From: a virus
Taxonomy: Duplodnaviria; Heunggongvirae; Uroviricota; Caudoviricetes
Length of the DNA: 64,000 nucleotides
Virus record (IMG/VR): IMGVR_UViG_3300026382_000001
Direction: 5' to 3' (one strand)
In this document: in pieces, positions 9,549-19,483 of the stretch
How the letters are laid out: the number at the start of each line of letters is the position of its first letter
Numbering within the stretch: position 1 is the first letter of the stretch
The notes under the pieces: generated by a model
Databases searched by the model: none
What the model saw: only the letters and a program-made list of their open reading frames with translations
What the model was told of the DNA's origin: nothing
Made by a program: the position numbers and the translations under genes

Positions 9549-9857
9549 ATGCGTATAGTTCTTACCCGATTACAAAAGAAAAAGATTCAGCAATATATTT
9601 CTAAAGTTCATCGTCCTGGTTCAATACGCCAAGAAGAGCTTTTAACATTTACGGAAGTTTCGGTAAGTAATGAAGCTAAAGGTAAAATAAAATTTCTCAC
9701 TGAAGTTGGTTTCGTAAAAGTGTACCAAGGAGCACACGGAAGTACTTTTGTACATGAAATATGTTTAGAGGAATATTTTTTAAATCTGCCTCCAAAAGAG
9801 AACGATTTAAAAAAGAAATATAAAACTTTAAAAGATGTATTATCTTTTGATGAATAA
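9549..9857 (+). CDS. Hypothetical protein
   Basis: ORF in operon. Confidence 0.65.
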   Translation: MRIVLTRLQKKKIQQYISKVHRPGSIRQEELLTFTEVSVSNEAKGKIKFLTEVGFVKVYQGAHGSTFVHEICLEEYFLNLPPKENDLKKKYKTLKDVLSFDE

Positions 9858-9866
9858 GGAATATTT

Positions 9867-10154
9867 ATGGAACAAGAATTTAGAACAGTGAAACAATTAA
9901 GGGATTACTTAAATATTTTATTAAATGAAAATGAAGATTTGGATATTATTCTTTGGAATGATTCTGGTGAAGATACAATATTTCCAACTTTATTAAAATC
10001 TAATAATCTTAAAGTATCTTCTAATAATGATATCGAGGATGAATGTATTACTGGAAGTATAGATAGAAGATATATTAGATATCCAAAAAGTCTAAATATA
10101 TTCCCAGTCGATAGTCATTTAGAAGATGAAGAATCTTTAGAAGACGATTTTTAA
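9867..10154 (+). CDS. Hypothetical acidic protein
   Basis: ORF in operon. Confidence 0.65.
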   Translation: MEQEFRTVKQLRDYLNILLNENEDLDIILWNDSGEDTIFPTLLKSNNLKVSSNNDIEDECITGSIDRRYIRYPKSLNIFPVDSHLEDEESLEDDF

Positions 10155-10303
10155 AGGAGATAACATGTTACAGAAACATAGACAAAGTACGATAGATGAT
10201 TTCTGTTCAACGGTTATCGATTGTACTTATATAGAAAAAAAGATAAAAAAAGTTCGGTTGAAGTTCGCGCGAAAACCAAAAAAGGTTCAATTGTTGTTAA
10301 ATT

Positions 10304-10354
10304 TAACGACAGGAGAATCAGAGAAATAATTGTATAGATAATACAATTATTTCT
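10304..10354 (-). terminator. Hairpin plus TCCTGTCGTTA motif between convergent units
   Basis: 13-bp stem AGAAATAATTGTA/TACAATTATTTCT; motif downstream on the - strand. Confidence 0.6.
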
Positions 10355-10368
10355 TCCGACAATTTTTA

Positions 10369-12063
10369 TTAAATTTTTGTAGCATAGACTCCGTTACCAC
10401 AATCCCACTGAATCATATAATCGTTTGCTAAAATACATTCCTGAGCTGTTAAATTTTTATCGTAAACAAAACCAGGTATTTTTTCCAGTTTATGTTTTTG
10501 AAAAGTATTTCTTGGATACATTCTCGAACAATCTTTTGGGATTACGCTAAAGTTTGGGGAACTTTCATTAATATATACTAGACCTAATTGTTTATATAGA
10601 TTAGAATCATTTAAAGCACTCCAACGTCTATTAGCATAGGTTATAATTTTAGGATTATTTAATTCCTTTAAAACATATTTATATAATTTAGAAACTCCTC
10701 CATGAACTATAGTATATTTTTTAGTACATATTCTATGAATTTCATAATCGTATCGTCCATTATATCTAGATGCTCCCAAAGTAAATAATTGAACTAGTTC
10801 ATCCTGATAATATAATCCGTAGTGTTTTAATGAATTAATACTACCTTGTAAATGATTAAGTTCTTGAAATTCTCTAGATTCTTTTTTTGGAACTTCTTTT
10901 ATAATACATTTTCTACCTGGTATTTTATTAGGTATTTTTCCTATTTTTAAAAGTATTTTGCTTAACCAAATATCTTTTTTAATTGGATCTTTCCATTCTA
11001 ATTCATTAATTTGAAATAAATGAATTCCTAATTGAGTACAAGCTTCAAACTTTTTCAAATGTCTTTTCTTATTATAATAAGCGTCCGTTTGATTTTTAGA
11101 AGTAGCCATTTTCACATTAGTTAATGAATGCCAATATACCCCATTATATTCTATTGCAAATTTATAATCAGGGAAATAAAGATCTAATTCCATTCTACCA
11201 AATTTATGATTTTGGATAATTTTTATATCTGGAAAAGCATCTTTTATAAAATTATAAATTTCTTCTTCTGCTTTGGAACGAGTACTAGTGCATTTTGGAC
11301 AACCATGACCGGAACTCAAATGATTATTTGGACTTTGAAAAAAACTTCCATGTTCCGGACATATTATTTCTACTTTTTTCATAGCATTTGTATAATTAAC
11401 TTTACTATAATCATATTTATTAGAATGAACCTTTTTAAAATCTTGAATTGCTTCTTCAGTCGTTTTTAAAAAAGTACCGGCGCATTTTTTACAACCATGT
11501 TTAAAATGCTCTCCAACTGTTGTTTTAAATTCTCCATGTTCTGGACAAATTACTTTTATTTTGGTTAATGTATCGCTATTTTCTGGTAATTCATATTGGT
11601 ATTTATTTCCATAAATACTATAAAATCTTTTTAATATTTCTAAATTTCCTAGAAATTTTTTTGAATGGGCGCATTTCGGACAACCATGTCCTGAAGAGTG
11701 ATCAATTGGAGTCTGAAAAAAACTTCCATGTTTTGGACATATTATTTCTACTTTAGTATTCTTATTAACATACCCAACATTATTGTAATTATATTTATCC
11801 CCATGAACTTTTTTAAAATGGTTTATAATTTCTTCTTGTGTTAATAATTTTTTATTCGAACAAATTTGACAACCACCCATTGGTTTTTTAGTTCTAGATG
11901 AAATTTTTAAATGGTTATTTGGAGTTACTAAAAAACTCCCATGTTCTGGACAGATAATTTCTACCTTAGTATTTTTATTAATATAGTTAACTTTTGAATA
12001 ATCGTATTTATTACCATGTTTTTCTTTTGCCAAATTTATAAATTCTTCTTGTGTTATTGCCAT
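10369..12063 (-). CDS. Hef-like homing-type endonuclease with four CPxHG...CxxC repeats
   Basis: Repeats HGxKYDYSKVxY...IICPEHG...GCPKC; nuclease motif ELDLY...AIEYNGVYWHS; C-terminal NHLQG...WDCG domain. Confidence 0.85.
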   Translation of the reverse strand: MAITQEEFINLAKEKHGNKYDYSKVNYINKNTKVEIICPEHGSFLVTPNNHLKISSRTKKPMGGCQICSNKKLLTQEEIINHFKKVHGDKYNYNNVGYVNKNTKVEIICPKHGSFFQTPIDHSSGHGCPKCAHSKKFLGNLEILKRFYSIYGNKYQYELPENSDTLTKIKVICPEHGEFKTTVGEHFKHGCKKCAGTFLKTTEEAIQDFKKVHSNKYDYSKVNYTNAMKKVEIICPEHGSFFQSPNNHLSSGHGCPKCTSTRSKAEEEIYNFIKDAFPDIKIIQNHKFGRMELDLYFPDYKFAIEYNGVYWHSLTNVKMATSKNQTDAYYNKKRHLKKFEACTQLGIHLFQINELEWKDPIKKDIWLSKILLKIGKIPNKIPGRKCIIKEVPKKESREFQELNHLQGSINSLKHYGLYYQDELVQLFTLGASRYNGRYDYEIHRICTKKYTIVHGGVSKLYKYVLKELNNPKIITYANRRWSALNDSNLYKQLGLVYINESSPNFSVIPKDCSRMYPRNTFQKHKLEKIPGFVYDKNLTAQECILANDYMIQWDCGNGVYATKI

Positions 12064-12113
12064 TTATAATCCTTTTTAGTAAATAATATATCTATGTATA
12101 ATACATATAGATA

Positions 12114-14135
12114 TTAAAATATTTTATAATCTTCCATATAGTATTCGTCGTCTTCATCCATTATAGACGTAAAACCAGGAATTTCAAATTCTTTTAGAAT
12201 TTCTCTTCTTCTTTGTTTTTCCTCATCTTTATCCGTAAAATGATTTCCTACTTCTTGAATGTTTTCAAAACTTTTTTGTTTATTAATAAGTTTAGCTTCA
12301 TTTTTAAAATCATGTTCCATAGTGCTAAAAGTAACATTCAGATAAGAATTAATCTCACCTTGAGTTATTTTTAATCCTTCCGGAGTATCTTCCGTAAGTA
12401 AATCTCCTTCCTGGATCATTTCATGTCTTAACCATAATGTGAAATTAAAAGCCATAATAATATCATCATGTTGTCCAGAACTTGCTTCAAATCTTCCGTT
12501 AGTTTTTTGCTCAAGAGTTCTTAATTCATTTTGTAAATATTTACCCTGCGCCAATGCTGGGTCAGTATTTAATGCACTTAGTAAAAGATTGAACATTTGC
12601 TCACGATTTGTTTTATTAGTCATAATACCTGGAACTCTATCACCAGTACTTTTAGTCTTAGTAAAATGCAAGAATTCTTCAAATTCAAATTTAATTTTAT
12701 CTGGAGCTTCTGAAAATAATATTTCCTCAATGATACCAATACCAAAACTATTTCGCTCTATAATTACACTTAGTGTTTTAGGAGTTAATCCACAAATCAG
12801 TTGTAATTGTAAAATGGCCGATTTAACAACGGCTGCGTATCTTTTAATAACATTAAATTTGCCTCTGTACTCTGCGACCTGTCTACCAGTTTCGGCATCT
12901 GTTAAAACCATTGTACTAAAATCCGATTTAGCTGCAGTACTGGCAGCATTATCCACACCCATTAGATATAATTTATTTGGATCAAGATCTTCAAATACAT
13001 CCATTTTTTCACCGTATGCTAAATCTAATTGAAATTTAGGTGGAGTTGGTTTAAAATGTTCCAGTACCTCATCTGGGAATACGGCATTATTAGAACCTAA
13101 GAAAACAAGGTTAAGCTCTTGGTTAACTCTTCTCATATTAAAGTTAAGTTCTTTTTGTTGCTTTTTATACCATTCTTCATCTTTGCCAGTCTCTGACCAA
13201 TGTAATTCTAACTTAACGAAGTTATTTCGGAAATCAGAGCTATTAAGAACCTTTTCATTATCAAGAACTGGTTTATTCGTTTTCTCATCCCATATTTCAG
13301 AATAGTCCCAAGAGTTTTGCCAAAGGTCATAAAAGAAGTTACCATTAGATCCATTTGGAGTAGTGGTCATAATAACATTCGTAGGGAAATTATTTTGTTT
13401 AGCAAGTACCCTCGCTTTTGAAACAACTGGTTGCAATGAACCCCAAACCACATCCATATGTGGGATAAAGGCAGCCTCATCTATGTAGATTACCGGAGCT
13501 GTCATACCACGTCCCACGGTATCCGGATTAATAGCTCCGGAAACATAATTCGAGTTTAATCTAGAACCATTTGCTAATTCTAGATAAGTTTGTTTTTCAC
13601 CTTTATTACTTTTAGGAACTTCTAACCATTTTGGAAGCATTGATAACATACTGTACATACGTTCAACGAAATCCAAAGCCGATTTTTGTTTTAGAGTTAA
13701 GAACTCTATTTTAACTTTTGGATGAAAAAGCATTACCCATAACAAATATTGTCCAACGGTGGTGGTCTTATAATGTTGCCTCGACGCCATCATATTAACA
13801 TTATCAGTGTATTGGATAAGTTTAATAAATTGTGAATATTTTGGAGTCTCTAACCACTCAGCAGATTCACCGACTTTAATAATTCCACCTGGTACCTGAA
13901 CTCTAATATAGTTTTTAATAAAATAAAGAGCACTCATTTTACATTTTAAATATTCTCTCATTCTCCATTGTTTATCTTGTTCTTGTTGTCTCATAATCGT
14001 TGGAGCATTTGGACTAGCATATTTAGCCATAAGATTTTGATCGGTTAAATTTTTTACTTGTTGAGCTTCTTCTGGAGAAACTTCTGTAATAATTTTATTA
14101 TCATTAATAATAATATTTTTTATATCTAAATTCAT
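12114..14135 (-). CDS. terL: Terminase large subunit
   Basis: ASRQHYKTT (Walker A), GRG...IYIDEAAF (Walker B), TTTPNG (motif III), nuclease GVD...DFS...HDDIIMA. Confidence 0.9.
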   Translation of the reverse strand: MNLDIKNIIINDNKIITEVSPEEAQQVKNLTDQNLMAKYASPNAPTIMRQQEQDKQWRMREYLKCKMSALYFIKNYIRVQVPGGIIKVGESAEWLETPKYSQFIKLIQYTDNVNMMASRQHYKTTTVGQYLLWVMLFHPKVKIEFLTLKQKSALDFVERMYSMLSMLPKWLEVPKSNKGEKQTYLELANGSRLNSNYVSGAINPDTVGRGMTAPVIYIDEAAFIPHMDVVWGSLQPVVSKARVLAKQNNFPTNVIMTTTPNGSNGNFFYDLWQNSWDYSEIWDEKTNKPVLDNEKVLNSSDFRNNFVKLELHWSETGKDEEWYKKQQKELNFNMRRVNQELNLVFLGSNNAVFPDEVLEHFKPTPPKFQLDLAYGEKMDVFEDLDPNKLYLMGVDNAASTAAKSDFSTMVLTDAETGRQVAEYRGKFNVIKRYAAVVKSAILQLQLICGLTPKTLSVIIERNSFGIGIIEEILFSEAPDKIKFEFEEFLHFTKTKSTGDRVPGIMTNKTNREQMFNLLLSALNTDPALAQGKYLQNELRTLEQKTNGRFEASSGQHDDIIMAFNFTLWLRHEMIQEGDLLTEDTPEGLKITQGEINSYLNVTFSTMEHDFKNEAKLINKQKSFENIQEVGNHFTDKDEEKQRRREILKEFEIPGFTSIMDEDDEYYMEDYKIF

Positions 14136-14160
14136 TAAAATCCTTTATTTCTATCTTTAG

Positions 14161-15255
14161 TTAACTATTGATAGTTAACTCGTTTAAAACTTCTTCAATG
14201 TCTTCAAAATATCCTATTCGAATAATTCTTATATCGTTTTTAATACAATATTCTGTTTTAATTTTATCACGTTCTTGAGTTTTTAAGAATCCTTCTAAAC
14301 CACCAAAATATGGTACTGGTTCAAAATGTTGTTTACCATCATACTCTATAACCGTATTTAAATCTTTTATATAAAAATCAAATCTATAATTATCAAATAG
14401 TTTAACTTCTTGAGAATATTTAATATTATTCTCTTCTAGAAATTCTCTAACTCTTCTTTCACCTTTAGATTCAGAATTTTTTTGAGCACATATTGGACAA
14501 CCAGATCCATTTTTATGATCGTTTGGTTTTTGAAAAAAACTTCCATGTTCTAGACAAATTATTTCTACTTTAGTCATAGTATTTATATAGTGTACTTTTG
14601 AATAATCGTATTTATTTCTATGAATTTCTTTAAAATCGTATATTATTTTATCCTGCGAATATGTATTTTTATTAATATAGCAATTTGGACAAAATGAATT
14701 ATCAGGGTTATTTTTTAAATGATTATTTGGTATACACCAAAACGATTTATTACAATTTTTACAAATTACTTCTATTTTTTCAAATCGATTTATATATTTA
14801 ACTTTACGGTAATCGTATTTATTGAAATGTTCTATTGGTAAAGATTTTAAAAAATTTTCTAATTTACCTGATTGTTTTTCTTTGGAACATTCCGGACAAC
14901 CATTTCCAGATTTATGAGACATCGGTGTTTGAAAAAAACTCCCATGTTTTGGACAAATAATCTCTATTTTAGTCATAGTATTTATATAGTGTACTTTTGA
15001 ATAGTTGTATTTATTATTATGAACTTTTTTAAAATCTTTTATATGTTTTTTTATTGGTTTTTTTAAAATAGAACATTTTGGACATTTATATTTTAAATGA
15101 TTATTTGGTGTTTGTAAAAATTCTCCATGTTCTGGACAGATTATAATAACTTTAGATTTAGATTTATGGTAAATTACTTTACTATAATCATATTTATCTC
15201 CATGAACTTCTTTAAATCTTTTTATAACTTCTTCTTGTGTTAATTTTTTACCCAT
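14161..15255 (-). CDS. Zinc-repeat homing-type endonuclease (Vsr/DUF559-like C-terminus)
   Basis: Four ~60-aa repeats; FDFY...IEYDGKQH nuclease motif. Confidence 0.85.
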   Translation of the reverse strand: MGKKLTQEEVIKRFKEVHGDKYDYSKVIYHKSKSKVIIICPEHGEFLQTPNNHLKYKCPKCSILKKPIKKHIKDFKKVHNNKYNYSKVHYINTMTKIEIICPKHGSFFQTPMSHKSGNGCPECSKEKQSGKLENFLKSLPIEHFNKYDYRKVKYINRFEKIEVICKNCNKSFWCIPNNHLKNNPDNSFCPNCYINKNTYSQDKIIYDFKEIHRNKYDYSKVHYINTMTKVEIICLEHGSFFQKPNDHKNGSGCPICAQKNSESKGERRVREFLEENNIKYSQEVKLFDNYRFDFYIKDLNTVIEYDGKQHFEPVPYFGGLEGFLKTQERDKIKTEYCIKNDIRIIRIGYFEDIEEVLNELTINS

Positions 15256-15294
15256 AAAAATCCTTTATTTCTATCTTTAGTTAACTAAAGATAG

Positions 15295-16380
15295 TTAACT
15301 ATTGATAGTTAACTCGTTTAAAACTTCCCCAACGTCTTCAAAATATCCTATACGAATAATTCTTATATCGTTTTTAATACAATAATCTGTTTTAATTTTA
15401 TCCCGTTCTTGAGTCTTTAAGAATCCTTCTAAACCACCAAAATATTCAACTGGTTCGTAATGCTGTTTACCATCATACTCAATGACAGTATTTAAATCTT
15501 TTAAATAAAAATCAAATCTATAATTCTCAAAGAGTTTAACTTCTTGAGAATATTTAATATTATTCTCTTCTAGAAATTCTCTAACTTTTCTTTCGCCCTT
15601 AGATTCAGAATTTTCTTGAGCGCATTTTGGACATATAGAACCTCTATAATGATTAAATGGGAGTTGCCAGAAACTCTCATGTTCTGGACAAATAATTTCA
15701 ATTTTTTCCATACTATGTATATAATTAACTTTAGAATAATTATAATTAGTTCCATGAATTTTTACAAATTTTTTAATAATTTCATTAGTGTTTGTAAAAT
15801 TTTGTTTTATAGAGCATTTTGGACAACCATGTCCTTTAAGATGGGAACTTGGAGTTTGTAAAAATTTTCCATGCTCTGGGCATATTATAATAACTTTATT
15901 ATTATTATTTTTATAATTAACTTTGGAATAGTTGTATTTATTACCATGAATTTTTTTAAAATCTTTTAATAATTTTTCAATTGGAGTTTTTAAATTATTA
16001 TAAAAACATTGTTTGCAACTTTGACCTCGTAAATGATTACTTGGTGTTTGAAAAAAACTTCCATGTTCTGGACAAATAATTTCTACCTTAGTCATATTAT
16101 TTTTATAATCGACTTTACTGTAATCATATTTATCCTCATGAAGTTCTCGAAATCTTTTAATAACTTCTTCTTGAGTTAATTTTAAATTTCCGGCACATTT
16201 GGAACAACCATAACCACTTAAATGATTATTTGGAGTTTGCAAAAATTCTCCATGCTCTGGACAGATTATAATAACCTTATCATTTATTCCAGAATATTGA
16301 ATTTTAGAATAATCGTATTTATCTCCATGAACTTTCCTAAATCTTTTTATAACTTCTTCTTGCGTTAGTTTTTTACCCAT
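15295..16380 (-). CDS. Zinc-repeat homing-type endonuclease, tandem paralog
   Basis: Same architecture; C-terminal ~105 aa nearly identical to 14161..15255. Confidence 0.85.
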   Translation of the reverse strand: MGKKLTQEEVIKRFRKVHGDKYDYSKIQYSGINDKVIIICPEHGEFLQTPNNHLSGYGCSKCAGNLKLTQEEVIKRFRELHEDKYDYSKVDYKNNMTKVEIICPEHGSFFQTPSNHLRGQSCKQCFYNNLKTPIEKLLKDFKKIHGNKYNYSKVNYKNNNNKVIIICPEHGKFLQTPSSHLKGHGCPKCSIKQNFTNTNEIIKKFVKIHGTNYNYSKVNYIHSMEKIEIICPEHESFWQLPFNHYRGSICPKCAQENSESKGERKVREFLEENNIKYSQEVKLFENYRFDFYLKDLNTVIEYDGKQHYEPVEYFGGLEGFLKTQERDKIKTDYCIKNDIRIIRIGYFEDVGEVLNELTINS

Positions 16381-16430
16381 AAAATTTTCCTTATTGATAA
16401 AATATCTATTTAAACTAGAAATAATGTATA

Positions 16431-16557
16431 TAACTATTAATAGTTAACTATTTATAGTATGTGTACCAAATAGTTAACTATTAATAGTTATTCAGTATAG
16501 TTATCTATAATATCTATTTTGGAGATAACTATTAATAGTTAACTATTAATAGTTAAC
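16431..16557. repeat. Cluster of 14-bp-period palindromes (TAGTTAACTA core)
   Basis: TAACTATTAATAGTTAACTA arrays at 16431, 16471 and 16527. Confidence 0.85.
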
Positions 16558-16585
16558 CTGTTTTAAATATATTTATATTCTTATA

Positions 16586-16621
16586 TAACGACAGGAATAA
16601 ATGAGGCCGAAGCCTCATTTA
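16586..16621 (-). terminator. Terminator after HU, followed by TTCCTGTCGTTA
   Basis: On the - strand TAAATGAGGC-TTCG-GCCTCATTTA then TTCCTGTCGTTA. Confidence 0.8.
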
Positions 16622-16882
16622 TTAAAGTTCTTTACCAAATTTAGATAAACTAAATTTAATAGTTTTGTGAGCAGGTTTAGTCCATTTCACACCATTCATT
16701 TCACCGGAACGTTCTTTAACGTCTACGTATTTGAACTTACCAATCTTTCCGAATGGAACCTCACCAGTCTCTTTAACACCAGCTACTACAGTATTAACAA
16801 CAGCTTCTAGAATTCTTTCCGCTTCTTTATTACTTATTTCTAATTTAGCTGCAAGAGCTTTTTCTAATTCGATTTTTTTCAT
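16622..16882 (-). CDS. hup: HU family DNA-binding protein
   Basis: MKKIELEKALA...VPFGKIGKF...ERSG...PAHKTIKF pattern; 86 aa, basic. Confidence 0.88.
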   Translation of the reverse strand: MKKIELEKALAAKLEISNKEAERILEAVVNTVVAGVKETGEVPFGKIGKFKYVDVKERSGEMNGVKWTKPAHKTIKFSLSKFGKEL

Positions 16883-16917
16883 TTATAATTTTCCTTATTT
16901 TAATAGTTTTATTTATT

Positions 16918-18048
16918 TTAGTTTGTTAGGTATGGTTTTACTTGTGTTAAAACTTCTCTAACATCTTCAAAATATCCTATTCGAATAATTCTTATATCGT
17001 TTTTAATACAATAATCGGTTTTAATTTTATCACATTCTTGAGTTTTCAAGAACCCTTCTAAACCACCAAAATATCCAATCGGTTCATAATGTTGTTTACC
17101 ATCATACTCAATGACAGTATTTAAATCTTCTAAATAAAAATCAAATCTATAATTATCAAAGAGTTTAACTTCTTGAGAATAATTAATATTATTCTCTTCT
17201 AGAAATTCTCTAACTTTTCTTTCTCCTTTGGATTCAGAGCATTTTGGACATCCATGTCCTTGAAGGTGGTTAGATTTGGTTTGTAAAAATTCTCCATGTT
17301 TTGAACATATTATTGGAATTAAAGAATTTAAATTTGTAGTATTATTCAAAAGTGAATAATCGTATTGATTACCATGAACTTTTTTAAAATTATTTATATT
17401 TTTTTCGGGTGTATTCATATTTTTTAAAATTCCACACTTTGGACAACCATTTCCGGAATTATGACTATTTGGAAGTTGTAAGAAACTTCCATGTTCCGGA
17501 CATATAATTTCTACTTTAGTATTGGAATCTATATAATTAACTTTTGAATAATCGTATTTATCTCCATGAATTTTTTTAAAATTCATGGTAATATTTTTGG
17601 TATTATTTGTATTTTCAATTCTTTTTTTAGATGCTTCTATCTTGGAGCATTTTGGGCAACCATGTCCTTTAAGATGAGAACTAGGAATTTGATCAAATTT
17701 ATTATTACAGGAATTACAAATTATTTTAACTTTGGTACTTCTATTAATATATTTAACTTCCGAATAATTGTATTTATTTCCATGAACTTCTTTAAATCTT
17801 TTTAAAATTTCTTCTTGTGTTAAACTTTTGGTACCTTTATTACCGGTTCTAGAAATTTTTCTAGAACATGCCGGACACTCAGAACCATTTTTAAAATTAA
17901 TAACAGTTGGGTAAAATTCACCATGTTCCGAACAAATTATAATGCATTTTTCCCGCATTTTAGAATATTTAAATTTACTATAATCGTATTTTGGATATTT
18001 TTCTTTAAGTTCTTCTAAAACTTTTATTGGATCGTTATAAAATGCCAT
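16918..18048 (-). CDS. Zinc-repeat homing-type endonuclease
   Basis: Four repeats plus FDFY...IEYDGKQH. Confidence 0.85.
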   Translation of the reverse strand: MAFYNDPIKVLEELKEKYPKYDYSKFKYSKMREKCIIICSEHGEFYPTVINFKNGSECPACSRKISRTGNKGTKSLTQEEILKRFKEVHGNKYNYSEVKYINRSTKVKIICNSCNNKFDQIPSSHLKGHGCPKCSKIEASKKRIENTNNTKNITMNFKKIHGDKYDYSKVNYIDSNTKVEIICPEHGSFLQLPNSHNSGNGCPKCGILKNMNTPEKNINNFKKVHGNQYDYSLLNNTTNLNSLIPIICSKHGEFLQTKSNHLQGHGCPKCSESKGERKVREFLEENNINYSQEVKLFDNYRFDFYLEDLNTVIEYDGKQHYEPIGYFGGLEGFLKTQECDKIKTDYCIKNDIRIIRIGYFEDVREVLTQVKPYLTN

Positions 18049-18077
18049 TTAATTACCTTTTTGGAAAAATATCTATT

Positions 18078-19241
18078 TTACTTAGAATATCTTTCGATAT
18101 CTTTTGTTAAATCTACTTCTTCGCTATCTAATGATAATCCCGTATGACTCGCTTTCAATGTTATATTTACTAAACTTTCCGCTAACGATGCGACAGACAT
18201 TTGACCAACTTTACTTCCTGGATACAATTTTAAATCCTCTACTGCTTTAGGATTATAACAAGTTTTACAAATACCATCTCGAGCCTGACAATAAAGAGGG
18301 CTTCTTAATTTAACGTTTTTACCTAAATAACTTTCGTCCTCATGATCTATAGTATTACCATTATCAAGAATCCTACCTTTAAGATTAAATAAGATTTTTT
18401 TACCATCTTTACCTTTTGGTATTTTAAATTCAAAATATTTTTTAGTACCACAGTCATTTAATTTAGATAAGTTCAGTGTTTCCATAATAGTATAAAGTTG
18501 TCTAATTAAATAACCAGGTTTAGCAGTATTCATTGATTTAGAATATAATGATACAATACCTTGAGAACTATAATTAAAGAATTGAGTTTTATCTAATCCT
18601 TCCGAATGAGCTTTAAGAATAACATCATTAATTTCTCCTTTAGCATTGATACTTAAACCAACTCCTAAAAGAAGTTTACGTATATCAGATACCGAACCTT
18701 TTGAACCAGAATCGATTAAATCGGAGACAGATATATTATTTTTACGAAAATATTCCATAACTTTTTCAGCAAGTTTATCTAATTCTTTATTGGCCTTAAT
18801 AATATCTTTTTCTTTTTTAGGAGAATTTTCATATTGTAATTTAATACGTTCTTTTTCTTTTTTAAATTCTTCTGGAAGTATCATACTCTCTGGAGAAAAG
18901 GAACTAGGTTTTAAAGTACTTAAAAAGAATCCAATTTCATAAACTAATTGATATTTCCAAATAAAAACGTCATCTTCAAAAACATCAAACATATCAGCAT
19001 ACAATTTTCCAATATTATCTTTATTTAAAGGAAATTTAATTTTAACTTTATTTTCGAGAACTTCGTTAAGCATTTTACGTACCAATTCTTTATCTAAGAA
19101 TCCATTCTTTTTAATACTTTCAAGTATTTCTTTTCTAAATATATCTTTAGTTTTAAAAAACCATTCTGGTGGTCTAAAAGCATTTGGTATAATTATTTTA
19201 GAGTTATATAATCTTGTACTATTTTCTATATTAATTGCCAT
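18078..19241 (-). CDS. rpoC: RNA polymerase beta' C-terminal subunit (putative virion RNAP)
   Basis: DSGSKGS; EGLDKTQFF...TAKPGYLIRQL (bridge helix); DCGT; LRSPLYC...GICKTCY; trigger-loop-like ITLKASHTG. Confidence 0.88.
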   Translation of the reverse strand: MAINIENSTRLYNSKIIIPNAFRPPEWFFKTKDIFRKEILESIKKNGFLDKELVRKMLNEVLENKVKIKFPLNKDNIGKLYADMFDVFEDDVFIWKYQLVYEIGFFLSTLKPSSFSPESMILPEEFKKEKERIKLQYENSPKKEKDIIKANKELDKLAEKVMEYFRKNNISVSDLIDSGSKGSVSDIRKLLLGVGLSINAKGEINDVILKAHSEGLDKTQFFNYSSQGIVSLYSKSMNTAKPGYLIRQLYTIMETLNLSKLNDCGTKKYFEFKIPKGKDGKKILFNLKGRILDNGNTIDHEDESYLGKNVKLRSPLYCQARDGICKTCYNPKAVEDLKLYPGSKVGQMSVASLAESLVNITLKASHTGLSLDSEEVDLTKDIERYSK

Positions 19242-19483
19242 TATATTCTCCTAATTCCAGCAGTTGCCATAAACGCTTCAAAATCATCTTCGTTAATTAT
19301 TTTTGAAGAATTCATTTTTAAATTTTGTACTAATGAAAAACTATTATATATTTTTTGCACTTTATTTTTAGAACCAGTAGTATCATTTGGTAATGATACT
19401 ATAAAATCATCATTTTCCAAAATAATATTATTTTGAGCAGCCTCGGATAAATCATCTTTAATAATATAATTACTAGAGAAGCT
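19241..19483 (-). mobile_element. Putative split intein, N-fragment
   Basis: Starts with Ser (SFSSNYII, block-A-like) exactly where beta' homology breaks. Confidence 0.7.

Noticed and set aside
16431-16557. CRISPR-like array
   Set aside because: Short palindromic units without regular unique spacers; no cas genes in the window.
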